From Paracoccaceae bacterium (GTDB lineage: Bacteria; Pseudomonadota; Alphaproteobacteria; Rhodobacterales; Rhodobacteraceae), in assembly GCA_047622625.1 (NCBI GenBank), contig JBLHMX010000001.1:1-38233 (forward strand): 38,233 nucleotides of DNA, written 5' to 3'. Below, one piece after another: positions 17,139-26,043 of this stretch. The notes below the pieces were generated by a model. It searched no databases. It had not been told where the DNA came from and was given only the letters and a program-made list of their open reading frames with translations. How positions within the stretch are numbered: the stretch's first letter is position 1; each line of letters opens with the position of its first letter. The position numbers and the translations under genes are program-made.

Positions 17139-18752
17139 TTATTTCCCGCGCAATTCGCGCCTTATAATCTTGCCTGTTGCGGTCATCGGCATTTCTTTAA
17201 TCACCTCAATCAGCTTTGGCGCAACATGGGGTGAAATGCGCGTTCGTACGCGCGCGATCAGGGCCTTTTCCAGCCCTTCAATTGAAGCGCCCTCACGCAA
17301 CACGATAAACGCTTTTACAATTTCGGTGCGCAAGGGATCCGGCACGCCAACTGCTGCGGCCATTGCCACATCGGGATGACCAGTCAGACAGTTTTCAATC
17401 TCGGTCGGGCCAATTCGATAACCCGCCGAAGTGATCACATCGTCATCGCGCGAAGAAAAGGTGACAAACCCTTGATCGTCCATACTGGCCAGATCGCCGG
17501 TTTTCATCCAATTACCGATAAATTTCTTCGCCGTTTTTTCGGGCGCTTGCCAGTATTTCTGAAACATCGCAGGTGTTCCGTGGGCAACGCAAATCTCGCC
17601 AACATCCCCGGGCGCAACCAATTGGCCATCTTCATCAAGGATCGCGATTTCATAGCCCGGCACAGCCTTGCCGATAGCGCCTGGCTTTTGCACACCGATA
17701 CCCGCAACAGATGTTATACAAAGGTTACACTCGGTCTGCCCATAAGTTTCGTTAATGGTGATCCCCAACGCTTCCCTGCCCCAGTCCAGCATATCCGCAC
17801 CAAGAGCCTCGCCGCCTGACATGATCGTACGCGCTGAAAAATCCTTGGGAGCCGCGCCTTGCCGCATCAGTTTTAACGCGGTTGGTGGCAAGAACATGTT
17901 GCGGATGTTCTGTTCCTTAATAAGGGCATAAGTTCGATCAACATCGAATTTCGCCATCCGATGCGAGATTAGCGGCGTGCCGTAATATAGACACATCATC
18001 GCCGTGTTCATCAGCCCGCCGATCCAGGCCCAATCTGCCGGTGTCCACCCGATATCACCAGTTTGCGGAAAAAATTCGTGTTGCAATTCGGCGGCCGGAC
18101 AATGGCCAAGCAGAAACCGATGGGCGTGCAACGTGCCCTTTGGAGGGCCAGTCGTGCCCGATGTGTAAATAATTATCGCCGGGTCTTCAGCCAGGGTTTT
18201 AAGCGGTGATAACTGCGAAGATGCGCGATTAATTTCGTCCCAAAAACCAAAAGCGCCAATATCTTCGCCTTCGACCACATAGATCAATTCAAGCGCAGGT
18301 AACTTGGACTGCAGGTTCTTGATCTTAGGTAGGTTTTCGCGATCTGTGACAACAACCTTTGCACCAGAATCCTTTAACCGGTATTCAAGCCCGTCTTCGC
18401 CAAACAAGGTAAACAGCGGTAGGGAAATCATGCCAAGTTTGTAACAGGCAAAGTGGCTGACAAGAACTTCTGGCGACTGGGCCAACAATACCGCACACCG
18501 ATCGCCACCTTTCAGGCCCCGCGCAGAAAACGCATTTGCCAAGGCGTTTGATGCGGCCCGCAGATCGCCATAACTTAGCTTTCGCTCGCCGCCATCACCG
18601 TTGACATGCACAACGGCCAGACGGTCAGGATCAGATTGGGCCCAGTCATCGCAACAGGCCTGCGCAATGTTAAAATATTGCGGAATTTCCCACTTGAAAT
18701 CAGAACGCAGGGTTTGCCAATCTGTGCCCGCCTTGAATTTTCGTCGATCCAT
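17139..18752 (-). CDS. AMP-dependent acyl-CoA synthetase/ligase (medium or short chain type)
   Basis: AMP-binding signature IIYTSGTTGPPKG, plus TGDLASMDDQGFVTFSSRDDDVI and C-terminal GKIIRRELR. Confidence 0.85.
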   Translation of the reverse strand: MDRRKFKAGTDWQTLRSDFKWEIPQYFNIAQACCDDWAQSDPDRLAVVHVNGDGGERKLSYGDLRAASNALANAFSARGLKGGDRCAVLLAQSPEVLVSHFACYKLGMISLPLFTLFGEDGLEYRLKDSGAKVVVTDRENLPKIKNLQSKLPALELIYVVEGEDIGAFGFWDEINRASSQLSPLKTLAEDPAIIIYTSGTTGPPKGTLHAHRFLLGHCPAAELQHEFFPQTGDIGWTPADWAWIGGLMNTAMMCLYYGTPLISHRMAKFDVDRTYALIKEQNIRNMFLPPTALKLMRQGAAPKDFSARTIMSGGEALGADMLDWGREALGITINETYGQTECNLCITSVAGIGVQKPGAIGKAVPGYEIAILDEDGQLVAPGDVGEICVAHGTPAMFQKYWQAPEKTAKKFIGNWMKTGDLASMDDQGFVTFSSRDDDVITSAGYRIGPTEIENCLTGHPDVAMAAAVGVPDPLRTEIVKAFIVLREGASIEGLEKALIARVRTRISPHVAPKLIEVIKEMPMTATGKIIRRELRGK

Positions 18753-18774
18753 CTTTCGCCCCGCTCCCTGCTGT

Positions 18775-18800
18775 AATTAATTGAACAACTGTTCATTTAA
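18775..18800. promoter_or_regulatory. palindromic operator AATTAATTGAACAACTGTTCATTTAA, copy 2
   Basis: Identical to copy 1 at 23 of 26 positions. It lies 22 nt upstream of the acyl-CoA synthetase ATG. Confidence 0.6.
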
Positions 18801-18808
18801 TCTGTCAA
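18780..18808 (-). promoter_or_regulatory. candidate promoter of the acyl-CoA synthetase gene
   Basis: On the minus strand: TTGACA (18808-18803), 17-nt spacer, TTCAAT (18785-18780). The operator fills the spacer and the -10. Confidence 0.45.
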
Positions 18809-18817
18809 GAGTCCCAA

Positions 18818-19372
18818 TTATTCACTGAAAATGATCAGTTCAGCCAAAGTGGTCAACGGAATGCCTAAAGCTCGCATGGCAGCCAGTGATATTTGACTGC
18901 CTGAGCCGCCGTCGCCTTGTTTCGGCAACAACGTAACCTTGACGCTGTTGCCGTCAGCCGCCCAAACAATGCGGCCTTCGATTTCTTCCACGACCAACGG
19001 GGTCTTTACCCAAAACCCTTGCTGACCAACATCACCAAGGGTCGCTATTGTCGTGCCAAGCTTCTTTTCTGCAGCGGACGATGCCGTATCAAGCGCGTTC
19101 AGTTTTTCGGCCTGCGTTGTGTCGTCAAGGCTGGCAGGTGCTACGCCTTCAACAAATCCCGGGCCCGTTGGCGTTGACTTTGCACGCGGTTGTGGGCGAA
19201 CGGTGTTTTCGTCGGGTGTCAGAATCACAGGGCAGATTGCTATTGCGGGGTCACACGGTTCAAAAAACCGCACTGGCGCGGGCTTGGCACGCTTTTGGAA
19301 CAGGTTTGCCTGACAACCTGTCAGCACAACCCCGCCAAGTAACAGCAGTATAAGGGATTTTCGCCATCTCAT
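18818..19372 (-). CDS. hypothetical lipoprotein
   Basis: Start moved to MRWRKSLILLLLGGVVLTGC (signal peptide plus lipobox LTGC). No family recognised by eye. Confidence 0.55.
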   Translation of the reverse strand: MRWRKSLILLLLGGVVLTGCQANLFQKRAKPAPVRFFEPCDPAIAICPVILTPDENTVRPQPRAKSTPTGPGFVEGVAPASLDDTTQAEKLNALDTASSAAEKKLGTTIATLGDVGQQGFWVKTPLVVEEIEGRIVWAADGNSVKVTLLPKQGDGGSGSQISLAAMRALGIPLTTLAELIIFSE

Positions 19373-19447
19373 AGATGTGACCCTAATACGGTTGTTCACG
19401 CCATTCAACGCCTTGCGTGTAGACCTGTGTCGGCCTAGATATACTTC

Positions 19448-20461
19448 ATGACAAATGCGCCTAAACTCGTTGACCCTTTTCACCGTGCAATCACCTATTT
19501 GCGGGTCTCTGTAACCGATCGCTGTGACTTCCGCTGTGTCTATTGCATGAGCGAAAACATGACGTTCTTGCCGAAGAAAGAATTGCTAACCCTGGAAGAG
19601 CTGGATCGGTTGTGTTCGGCCTTTGTGTCGCAAGGTGTGCGTAAGCTTAGAATAACCGGCGGCGAGCCCCTTGTTCGGCGCGGGATAATGGGCTTTTTCG
19701 AAGGCATGTCGCGCCATTTGGACAGCGGCGCGCTAAGTGAATTGACGCTGACCAGCAATGGCTCGCAGCTTAAGAAATATGCGCATGATCTGGCAAAGTT
19801 CGGTGTGAAACGGATTAATATTTCACTGGATACCCTGGATGATGAAAAGTTTGCCAAAATCACGCGATGGGGCCGCTTAAAACAGGTGCTGGAAGGCATT
19901 GATGCGGCGCAAAATGCTGGTTTGCGGGTCAAGATTAACATGGTTGCCGTTAAGGGCGCCAATGACGACGAACTGTTTGACATGGTCGAATTTTGCGCGA
20001 CGCGCGACATGGACCTGACTTTCATCGAAGTTATGCCAATGGGCGATTTAGACTCGATGGAGCGCCTTGGGCAATTTTGGTCGCTTAAGGACGTCGAAAC
20101 GGAACTGGCGACCCGCTATCAATTACAGTCAATTGATGAAAACACAGGTGGTCCTGCGCGGTATGTTCGGCTGGCGGAAACCGGTCAAAAACTGGGTTTC
20201 ATCACTCCTCTTAGCCACAATTTCTGCGAAGCTTGCAACCGCGTGCGTCTGACGTGCACTGGGCAATTATTTCAATGCCTGGGTCAAGAAGACGAGTTTG
20301 ATTTGCGCAGAGTATTGCGCGACAATCCGAACGATGATCAAGCTGTGATCACAAAAATTCACGAGGCCATCAGCCACAAGCCAAAGGGGCATGACTTCGA
20401 CTATTCGCGCCAACGAATAGAAGGCCAAATGAGCCGCTACATGTCCCACACAGGCGGGTAA
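19448..20461 (+). CDS. moaA: GTP 3',8-cyclase (molybdenum cofactor biosynthesis protein A)
   Basis: Radical-SAM CDFRCVYC, C-terminal second cluster motif [18 protein letters not shown], and C-terminal GG. Confidence 0.92.
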   Translation: MTNAPKLVDPFHRAITYLRVSVTDRCDFRCVYCMSENMTFLPKKELLTLEELDRLCSAFVSQGVRKLRITGGEPLVRRGIMGFFEGMSRHLDSGALSELTLTSNGSQLKKYAHDLAKFGVKRINISLDTLDDEKFAKITRWGRLKQVLEGIDAAQNAGLRVKINMVAVKGANDDELFDMVEFCATRDMDLTFIEVMPMGDLDSMERLGQFWSLKDVETELATRYQLQSIDENTGGPARYVRLAETGQKLGFITPLSHNFCEACNRVRLTCTGQLFQCLGQEDEFDLRRVLRDNPNDDQAVITKIHEAISHKPKGHDFDYSRQRIEGQMSRYMSHTGG

Positions 20462-20525
20462 GCCGAAACATCAAAATTTTAATTGGTTGATCTGAATAGC
20501 AGATTTGCCTGTTGTCGGTACGGTT

Positions 20526-20543
20526 ATTGACTGATCAGTCAAT
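20526..20543. repeat. perfect 18-bp palindrome ATTGACTGATCAGTCAAT
   Basis: Read directly from the sequence. It lies in the AT-rich convergent gap between moaA and the OlsB-like gene. Confidence 0.9.
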
Positions 20544-20605
20544 GAAAAATATATGACCGCGCAAATGTACAAGTTACATTAAATAATCGACGCAACTTAT
20601 TGATA

Positions 20606-21349
20606 TTACATCGACATACCTTCCAGTATTTTCACACGCGCTGCCGGAATACCTTTGACAATAAGGCCCGTAAAAACGTGCAATGTATTTAATTCGGCAT
20701 CTATCACAGCGTGGTCAGAAACCCGCCCACCCATCGCCAGATACGTGCGAAGTAGGGTTGGCATGCCTTTCAATGCGCGGCGGAAATCTGGGCCATTTGC
20801 GGGTTTTAATTCGCTGAAACAATGGACTTTCGCGGCCTTTACCGCTGGTCGCCACGCCTTTGGCGCTAAAAAATTGGCCCCAAGATATGCAAATGTATCT
20901 TGAAATTCCTCTGGCTCGACCCCGTGAAAAGACGAACAGCCGAACAGCATTTCAACGTTATGTTCGCGCACAAATCGGGTCAAAAAGCCCCAAGCTAAGC
21001 GCAAGACATCCGCACCTTGAAATTCAGCGTCAATGCAAAACCGACCCATTTCCACCATCGGGAAGTCGAATTTCCTGAAGGACGTCAGGTCGTAATATTG
21101 GGCAGAATAGCACTGATCAATTTCCCGGCCATCATTCAAAAACAACACACGATAGCAGCAAACCAACCGACCATTTTCGATATTTTCAATCAAGACATGC
21201 TGTGCGGCTGCGTCGAATTTATCTTGATCCAGTGTTTGGACAGCGTCGCCAGTGCGAAAAGACTGAAATCGTAATGCCTGGGCGGCAGTGACGTCTGCTG
21301 CATTGCGCGCGAAACGTGCCTTCAATCCACCTTTTTGCAATTCTACCAT
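20606..21349 (-). CDS. OlsB-like GNAT N-acyltransferase (aminolipid / hemolysin-like family)
   Basis: Pattern LKARFARNAADVTAAQALRFQSF...DKFDAAAQHVLI...CCYRVL...EMGRFCI...LFGCSSF...TLLRTYLAMGG matches ornithine-acyl-ACP N-acyltransferase-type proteins. Confidence 0.7.
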   Translation of the reverse strand: MVELQKGGLKARFARNAADVTAAQALRFQSFRTGDAVQTLDQDKFDAAAQHVLIENIENGRLVCCYRVLFLNDGREIDQCYSAQYYDLTSFRKFDFPMVEMGRFCIDAEFQGADVLRLAWGFLTRFVREHNVEMLFGCSSFHGVEPEEFQDTFAYLGANFLAPKAWRPAVKAAKVHCFSELKPANGPDFRRALKGMPTLLRTYLAMGGRVSDHAVIDAELNTLHVFTGLIVKGIPAARVKILEGMSM

Positions 21350-21487
21350 TAACTCATCCCAAACCCGTGAACGGGCCTTTACGCGCCAATTGCGTGACTT
21401 ACTTAAACATGATCCACTAGAAGGGACAATTCATCCAATTCGAATTTTTCCGACAGGGAAGAACTGCAACATTAAAAGGGGAACCAA

Positions 21488-21889
21488 ATGCCAGCAAAGA
21501 TCACAAAAACCGATGCTGAGTGGCGCGCACAGCTTTCGGACATGGCGTATAAAGTGGCCCGAAAGTCGGCGACTGAAAGGCCGTTTAGCCATGATAGCTT
21601 TCCCAAGTCTAAAGGCATGTTTTCCTGTACCTGTTGTGGGGTCGATTTATTCGACAGCGTTACAAAGTTTGACAGCGGCACGGGCTGGCCATCTTTTTAC
21701 GCGCCGCTAACCGGCGATATGGTCGGCGAAAAAGCAGATAACGGCTGGTTTTCACGTCGCACAGAAGTTCATTGTACCCAATGTGAGGCGCATCTTGGCC
21801 ATGTGTTTCCGGATGGGCCACAGCCAACTGGACTAAGATACTGTATCAACGGGGTTACGCTGGATTTCAAAGCCGAAGGTCAGCGTTAA
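21488..21889 (+). CDS. msrB: peptide-methionine (R)-S-oxide reductase
   Basis: CxxC...CxxC zinc motifs (CTCCG, CTQCE), GWPSF, and the catalytic RYCING. Confidence 0.93.
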   Translation: MPAKITKTDAEWRAQLSDMAYKVARKSATERPFSHDSFPKSKGMFSCTCCGVDLFDSVTKFDSGTGWPSFYAPLTGDMVGEKADNGWFSRRTEVHCTQCEAHLGHVFPDGPQPTGLRYCINGVTLDFKAEGQR

Positions 21890-22338
21890 AGTGCGTCTTC
21901 CAAACTAAACTGGCCAATATTACCTAACATCTGGCGGATAAACGACACGCCCTTAATTCCGGTGTTTGTCACACGTCGGTTCAAGGCAATCACGCGCCCA
22001 TCTTCCAGTGCAAAGCGTTCTACATTGGTAACGGTGCCACGTTTGTCAAAGCGAATGGCAACAAGCTGGCGGTCAATCACTTCGTCCCGTTTATAGGCAT
22101 AGTGGCGAACTTGACTGGATACATAGAACCAACCACCTTCACGCAAAACACCGGTATTTGAAGGGCGACCGACAGTTTCTTCGACAGACGAGCGGTTGTC
22201 GACACCGACAAGAATGTCTTCCAACTGCGCGTCAGTTGGGGCATAGCCGTGGTTTGAAAAAGTTGCAGCACAACCAATGACCATCATCAAAAGCGAAACC
22301 ACCGCGATTTGCCGGATATTGTGCATCACTTTTGCCAT
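21886..22338 (-). CDS. bamE: outer membrane protein assembly factor BamE (SmpA/OmlA lipoprotein)
   Basis: Lipobox VIGCAA followed by HGY...L..I..G..S..EV...GRPS and the alphaproteobacterial extension. The stop overlaps the msrB stop (shared TTAA). Confidence 0.8.
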   Translation of the reverse strand: MAKVMHNIRQIAVVSLLMMVIGCAATFSNHGYAPTDAQLEDILVGVDNRSSVEETVGRPSNTGVLREGGWFYVSSQVRHYAYKRDEVIDRQLVAIRFDKRGTVTNVERFALEDGRVIALNRRVTNTGIKGVSFIRQMLGNIGQFSLEDAL

Positions 22339-22444
22339 TTCACCCTCGCTTATATAAACCTACTTGAGGGCTTACCTAACACGTGCAAAACAAGCAAGAA
22401 AGTTGACAGAATTTGCAGATTAATATGACAAGGGTTGCAAGAAC

Positions 22445-23029
22445 ATGCCGAAATTGACCTCTTTGGAAGGCCAGCCAGAACCAATTCTATCTGAAATTGT
22501 TGCGCTGCAGGACTTGTCTGCTAGGGGCCAGTCGAAAGCAGGAAAGCATGTTTTCGATATTAGCCCAACGGTGGAAGAGCGCGCACGCATAGCCGCAGAC
22601 CTTGGGATTTTGAAGCTGCGCAAAGTTCGCCTACAGGGTGTTCTATCCAGCGTCGACAAGTCAGATTGGCAATTGGTGTCCAAGCTTGGCGCGACGGTCG
22701 AGCAGGCTTGCGTTGTGACAAACGAGCCGGTTGTCACTCGGATTGATATCGATATATCCCGGCTTTATCTGGCGGAATTTCAGGATGAGCCGGTTTCCTC
22801 AGAAAACGAGTTTAATGGCCGCGACGATGTTGAAGCGCTCGACTCACAAGTCGACTTAGGTGCGTTATTGATCGAATCCCTTGCCCTGAATTTACCGGAC
22901 TACCCACGTGCGCCTGGTGCCGAACTAGAAGAATCACAATTTTCGCCGCCCGGAACAAAGCCAATTGATGAAACCGAAACGAAACCGTTTGCTTCGTTAG
23001 CCGCTTTGCGCGACAAATTCGACAAATAG
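22445..23029 (+). CDS. yceD: YceD/DUF177 family protein (23S rRNA accumulation protein)
   Basis: Position directly upstream of rpmF-plsX and an acidic C-terminal half with the LNLPDYPR motif. Confidence 0.75.
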   Translation: MPKLTSLEGQPEPILSEIVALQDLSARGQSKAGKHVFDISPTVEERARIAADLGILKLRKVRLQGVLSSVDKSDWQLVSKLGATVEQACVVTNEPVVTRIDIDISRLYLAEFQDEPVSSENEFNGRDDVEALDSQVDLGALLIESLALNLPDYPRAPGAELEESQFSPPGTKPIDETETKPFASLAALRDKFDK

Positions 23030-23221
23030 GCAGCATTTTGTCACGGAACATGGCAGAAATGGCTTGCGGAAATCGGGTTTTTCGGTATTTTCGCGGCTTG
23101 CTTTCCAATCTGGGTTCAATTTGGGTCAAGATTATGGATGTAGGCGGTTGCGTTTATGCGTAGCGCCCATTAATGGCTGGGCTGAAACAGGGCGCGAAGT
23201 CCTATAAACTGAGGTTGTGAC

Positions 23222-23428
23222 ATGGCTGTCCCTAAAAGTAAGATTACACGCTCGCGCCGCGGGCAACGTCGTTCGCATGATGCGCTGATTGTTGACAATC
23301 CGAATGAATGCCCGAATTGTGGCGAATTGAAGCGTCCTCATCACGTGTGTCCAGCTTGCGGCCACTATGCTGATCGCGAAGTCGTTGCTCAGGCAGACGA
23401 AATTGATCTGGACGAAGACGCAGCATAA
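23222..23428 (+). CDS. rpmF: 50S ribosomal protein L32
   Basis: [23 protein letters not shown]-terminus and the [18 protein letters not shown] zinc ribbon. Confidence 0.95.
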   Translation: MAVPKSKITRSRRGQRRSHDALIVDNPNECPNCGELKRPHHVCPACGHYADREVVAQADEIDLDEDAA

Positions 23429-23451
23429 GAAAAATTCGGGGGCATCAACGC

Positions 23452-24606
23452 ATGACAGCCGGGCAGACGCAGGATAATGGTTCTGATTCAGACCTTGATC
23501 CCGGCCTTGGCTTAAATGCGGCCACTAAAAAACTTTCTCAAACTGTAATTTCAGTTGATGCAATGGGCGGCGAGCAAGGCCCTGCCGCTATTGTGGGCGG
23601 CGTAGCGGTTTCCGCAGGACAATATCCTGACGTCCGATTTATTCTCCACGGCGATGAAACTCTATTACGCCCCTTACTTGCCAAACGTAAAAAACTAGCC
23701 AGTGTTTGCGAGGTCCGCAACTGGGATCGCACCGTGGCGATGGATGAAAAACCCAGCCACGTAATGCGCAAGGGCAAAGGCACGTCCATGTGGGGTACGA
23801 TTGACAGCGTGCGTGACAGCGAAGCGTCAGTTGCCGTGTCCTGTGGTAACACAGGTGCATTGATGGCCGTGTCGATGATCCGCCTGCGTAAACTACCTGG
23901 CATTTCACGCCCCGCCATTGGCATTCTTTGGCCAAGCGATAACGCGCAGGGTTTTAACGTGATGCTGGATGTTGGCGCTGACGTTAAGGCCGAGCCTCAA
24001 GATCTATTGCAGTACTCGCTGATGGGCGCCTCTTATGCCCGCAACGGTTTGGGCCTGGCAAAACCACGCATCGGCTTGTTGAATGTCGGCACGGAAGAAA
24101 ACAAAGGCAGATCTGGGCTGAAAGAGGCGTTTGACCTTATTCAGGAAACCGCTGAACCCAATGGCTTTGATTTCGTTGGCTTCGTCGAAGGCAGTGATAT
24201 TCCATCGGACCGAGTAGACGTCATTGTCACCGACGGCTTTACTGGAAACATCGCACTGAAGACCGCCGAAGGCACAGCATCATTCGTGCGCCGGATAATT
24301 TTTGCCGCGTTCCAACACACGCTATTGTCCCGCATCGGGGCGCTGTTCGCCGTGACTTCGTTACGTCGGCTATCAAAACGGATTGATCCGCGTCGCGTGA
24401 ACGGTGGGGTGTTTTTGGGCTTGAATGGCACCGTAATCAAATCGCACGGCGATGCTGATGCGATTGGTGTGACTGCGGCCATCAATCTGGCAATTCAATT
24501 GGCGAACAGTCAATTTGCAGAAAAGCTGGCGGCACGGGTTGCATCCAACGCGCCCAAGGGCGAATATGCTGATGACGGCGCGAACAAAGACGCCGCTAAC
24601 GAGTAG
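23452..24606 (+). CDS. plsX: phosphate acyltransferase PlsX
   Basis: ISVDAMGGEQGP, NTGALMA and GFTGNIALKTAEG motifs. The N-terminal extension of about 30 aa makes the exact start uncertain. Confidence 0.9.
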   Translation: MTAGQTQDNGSDSDLDPGLGLNAATKKLSQTVISVDAMGGEQGPAAIVGGVAVSAGQYPDVRFILHGDETLLRPLLAKRKKLASVCEVRNWDRTVAMDEKPSHVMRKGKGTSMWGTIDSVRDSEASVAVSCGNTGALMAVSMIRLRKLPGISRPAIGILWPSDNAQGFNVMLDVGADVKAEPQDLLQYSLMGASYARNGLGLAKPRIGLLNVGTEENKGRSGLKEAFDLIQETAEPNGFDFVGFVEGSDIPSDRVDVIVTDGFTGNIALKTAEGTASFVRRIIFAAFQHTLLSRIGALFAVTSLRRLSKRIDPRRVNGGVFLGLNGTVIKSHGDADAIGVTAAINLAIQLANSQFAEKLAARVASNAPKGEYADDGANKDAANE

Positions 24607-24616
24607 CAGAAACCGC

Positions 24617-25594
24617 ATGACCAATATCCGCGCGACCGTAAAGGGTGTAGGGCATTACCTGCCCGAACGCATTGTTCCCAATAGCGAATTTGAAGAAAAA
24701 CTTGATACCTCGGACGCTTGGATAAAGTCACGCTCTGGTATTGAACGGCGTCATTTCGCGGCTGAGGGACAGTTGACCTCGGACCTTGCAATTAACGCGG
24801 CCAAAGCGGCGCTTGTTGATGCAGGTATGAACAGCGATCAAATCGATGCGATTGTTCTGGCCACATCGACGCCCGATCAGACGTTCCCGTCCACCGCCAC
24901 CAAAGTGCAAGCCGCAATTGGTATGACGCGGGGCTTTGCCTTTGACGTGCAGGCTGTTTGCGCGGGCTTTGCCTTTGCACTGGCCAACGCAAATGCGTTG
25001 ATCTTGTCAGGCCAAGCCAAATGCGTGCTGGTGATCGGCGCCGAAACCTTTTCGCGGATCATGGATTGGGAAGATCGCGCAACCTGCGTGTTGTTTGGCG
25101 ACGGGGCTGGCGCCCTGATTTTGGCTGCCGAAGAAGGCCAAGGCGATGCAACGGATCGCGGTATTTTGGCGACTGATTTAAATTCAGATGGCCGTTACGG
25201 ATCACTGTTATATGTTGATGGCGGCGTTTCCTCGACCCAAACGACTGGCGTTTTGCGCATGGAAGGCCGCGAGATATTCAAACACGCTGTGCAGAAGCTC
25301 GCGCAAACAGCCGAGGCCGCATTAGAAAAGGCTGGCGTCACCGCCGCCGACATTGATTGGGTCGTTCCCCATCAAGCGAATTTACGAATCATCAAATCAA
25401 CGGCACAAAAAATGGGCGTTTCAATGGAAAAGGTCGTTGTAACTGTGCAAGATCACGGCAACACCTCGGCCGCATCCATTCCTTTGGCTATGTCAGTTGG
25501 AAAAGCCCGTGGCCAGATCAAACAAGGCGACCTTTTGGTGGCCGAGGCGATTGGCGGCGGGTTGGCCTGGGGCGCGGTTGTGTTGCGCTGGTAG
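24617..25594 (+). CDS. fabH: 3-oxoacyl-ACP synthase III
   Basis: Active-site context AFDVQAVCAGFAFAL, with HQANLRI and GNTSAASIP. Start at the ATG 11 nt after the plsX stop. Confidence 0.93.
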   Translation: MTNIRATVKGVGHYLPERIVPNSEFEEKLDTSDAWIKSRSGIERRHFAAEGQLTSDLAINAAKAALVDAGMNSDQIDAIVLATSTPDQTFPSTATKVQAAIGMTRGFAFDVQAVCAGFAFALANANALILSGQAKCVLVIGAETFSRIMDWEDRATCVLFGDGAGALILAAEEGQGDATDRGILATDLNSDGRYGSLLYVDGGVSSTQTTGVLRMEGREIFKHAVQKLAQTAEAALEKAGVTAADIDWVVPHQANLRIIKSTAQKMGVSMEKVVVTVQDHGNTSAASIPLAMSVGKARGQIKQGDLLVAEAIGGGLAWGAVVLRW

Positions 25595-25715
25595 GCAACT
25601 AGCGGCTAAGTTATTCCCCTCAACGGCAATTTATCGCTTGTTTCCAAGCTGTTGATCTTGACTCTGAATTCAGTTTCTTTCTATTCTGCCGGGATAGTTC
25701 TTGGGGGGACATTGA

Positions 25716-26018
25716 ATGAGTAGCAAAACATTGACACGCATGGATTTAAGTGAGGCCGTATTCCGCGAAGTGGGATTGTCACGCAACGAGTCAGCAGATT
25801 TGGTTGAATCCGTTCTGAAAAATATTTCCGACGCGCTGGCGTCTGGCGATAGTGTTAAAATCTCGTCATTTGGCACGTTCGGTGTACGCGATAAAAACGC
25901 ACGCATTGGCCGTAATCCAAAGACTGGCGAAGAAGTTCCGATCCACCCACGCCGGGTTTTAACGTTCCGCCCATCACATCTGATGAAAGAGCGCGTCGCA
26001 GCTGGCAACAAAGGTTGA
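25716..26018 (+). CDS. ihfA: integration host factor subunit alpha
   Basis: 100 aa HU/IHF fold: ...[38 protein letters not shown]. Confidence 0.92.
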   Translation: MSSKTLTRMDLSEAVFREVGLSRNESADLVESVLKNISDALASGDSVKISSFGTFGVRDKNARIGRNPKTGEEVPIHPRRVLTFRPSHLMKERVAAGNKG

Positions 26019-26043
26019 AAGCTGCTTCTAAGGCAAAGGTCTA

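Noticed and set aside
19373-19447. A Moco riboswitch upstream of moaA.
   Set aside because: The whole upstream gap is only 75 nt and is shared with a divergent promoter. That is too short for the Moco RNA motif, and no conserved stems are visible.
21886-21889. Overlapping convergent stop codons of msrB and bamE (shared TTAA).
   Set aside because: The overlap is real, but it is a trivial consequence of compact packing. No structure or extra coding potential is associated with it.
25650-25670. The 10-bp palindrome CTGAATTCAG upstream of ihfA.
   Set aside because: It is short, contains a common restriction-site-like core, has no second copy and has no clear promoter relationship. It is likely chance.
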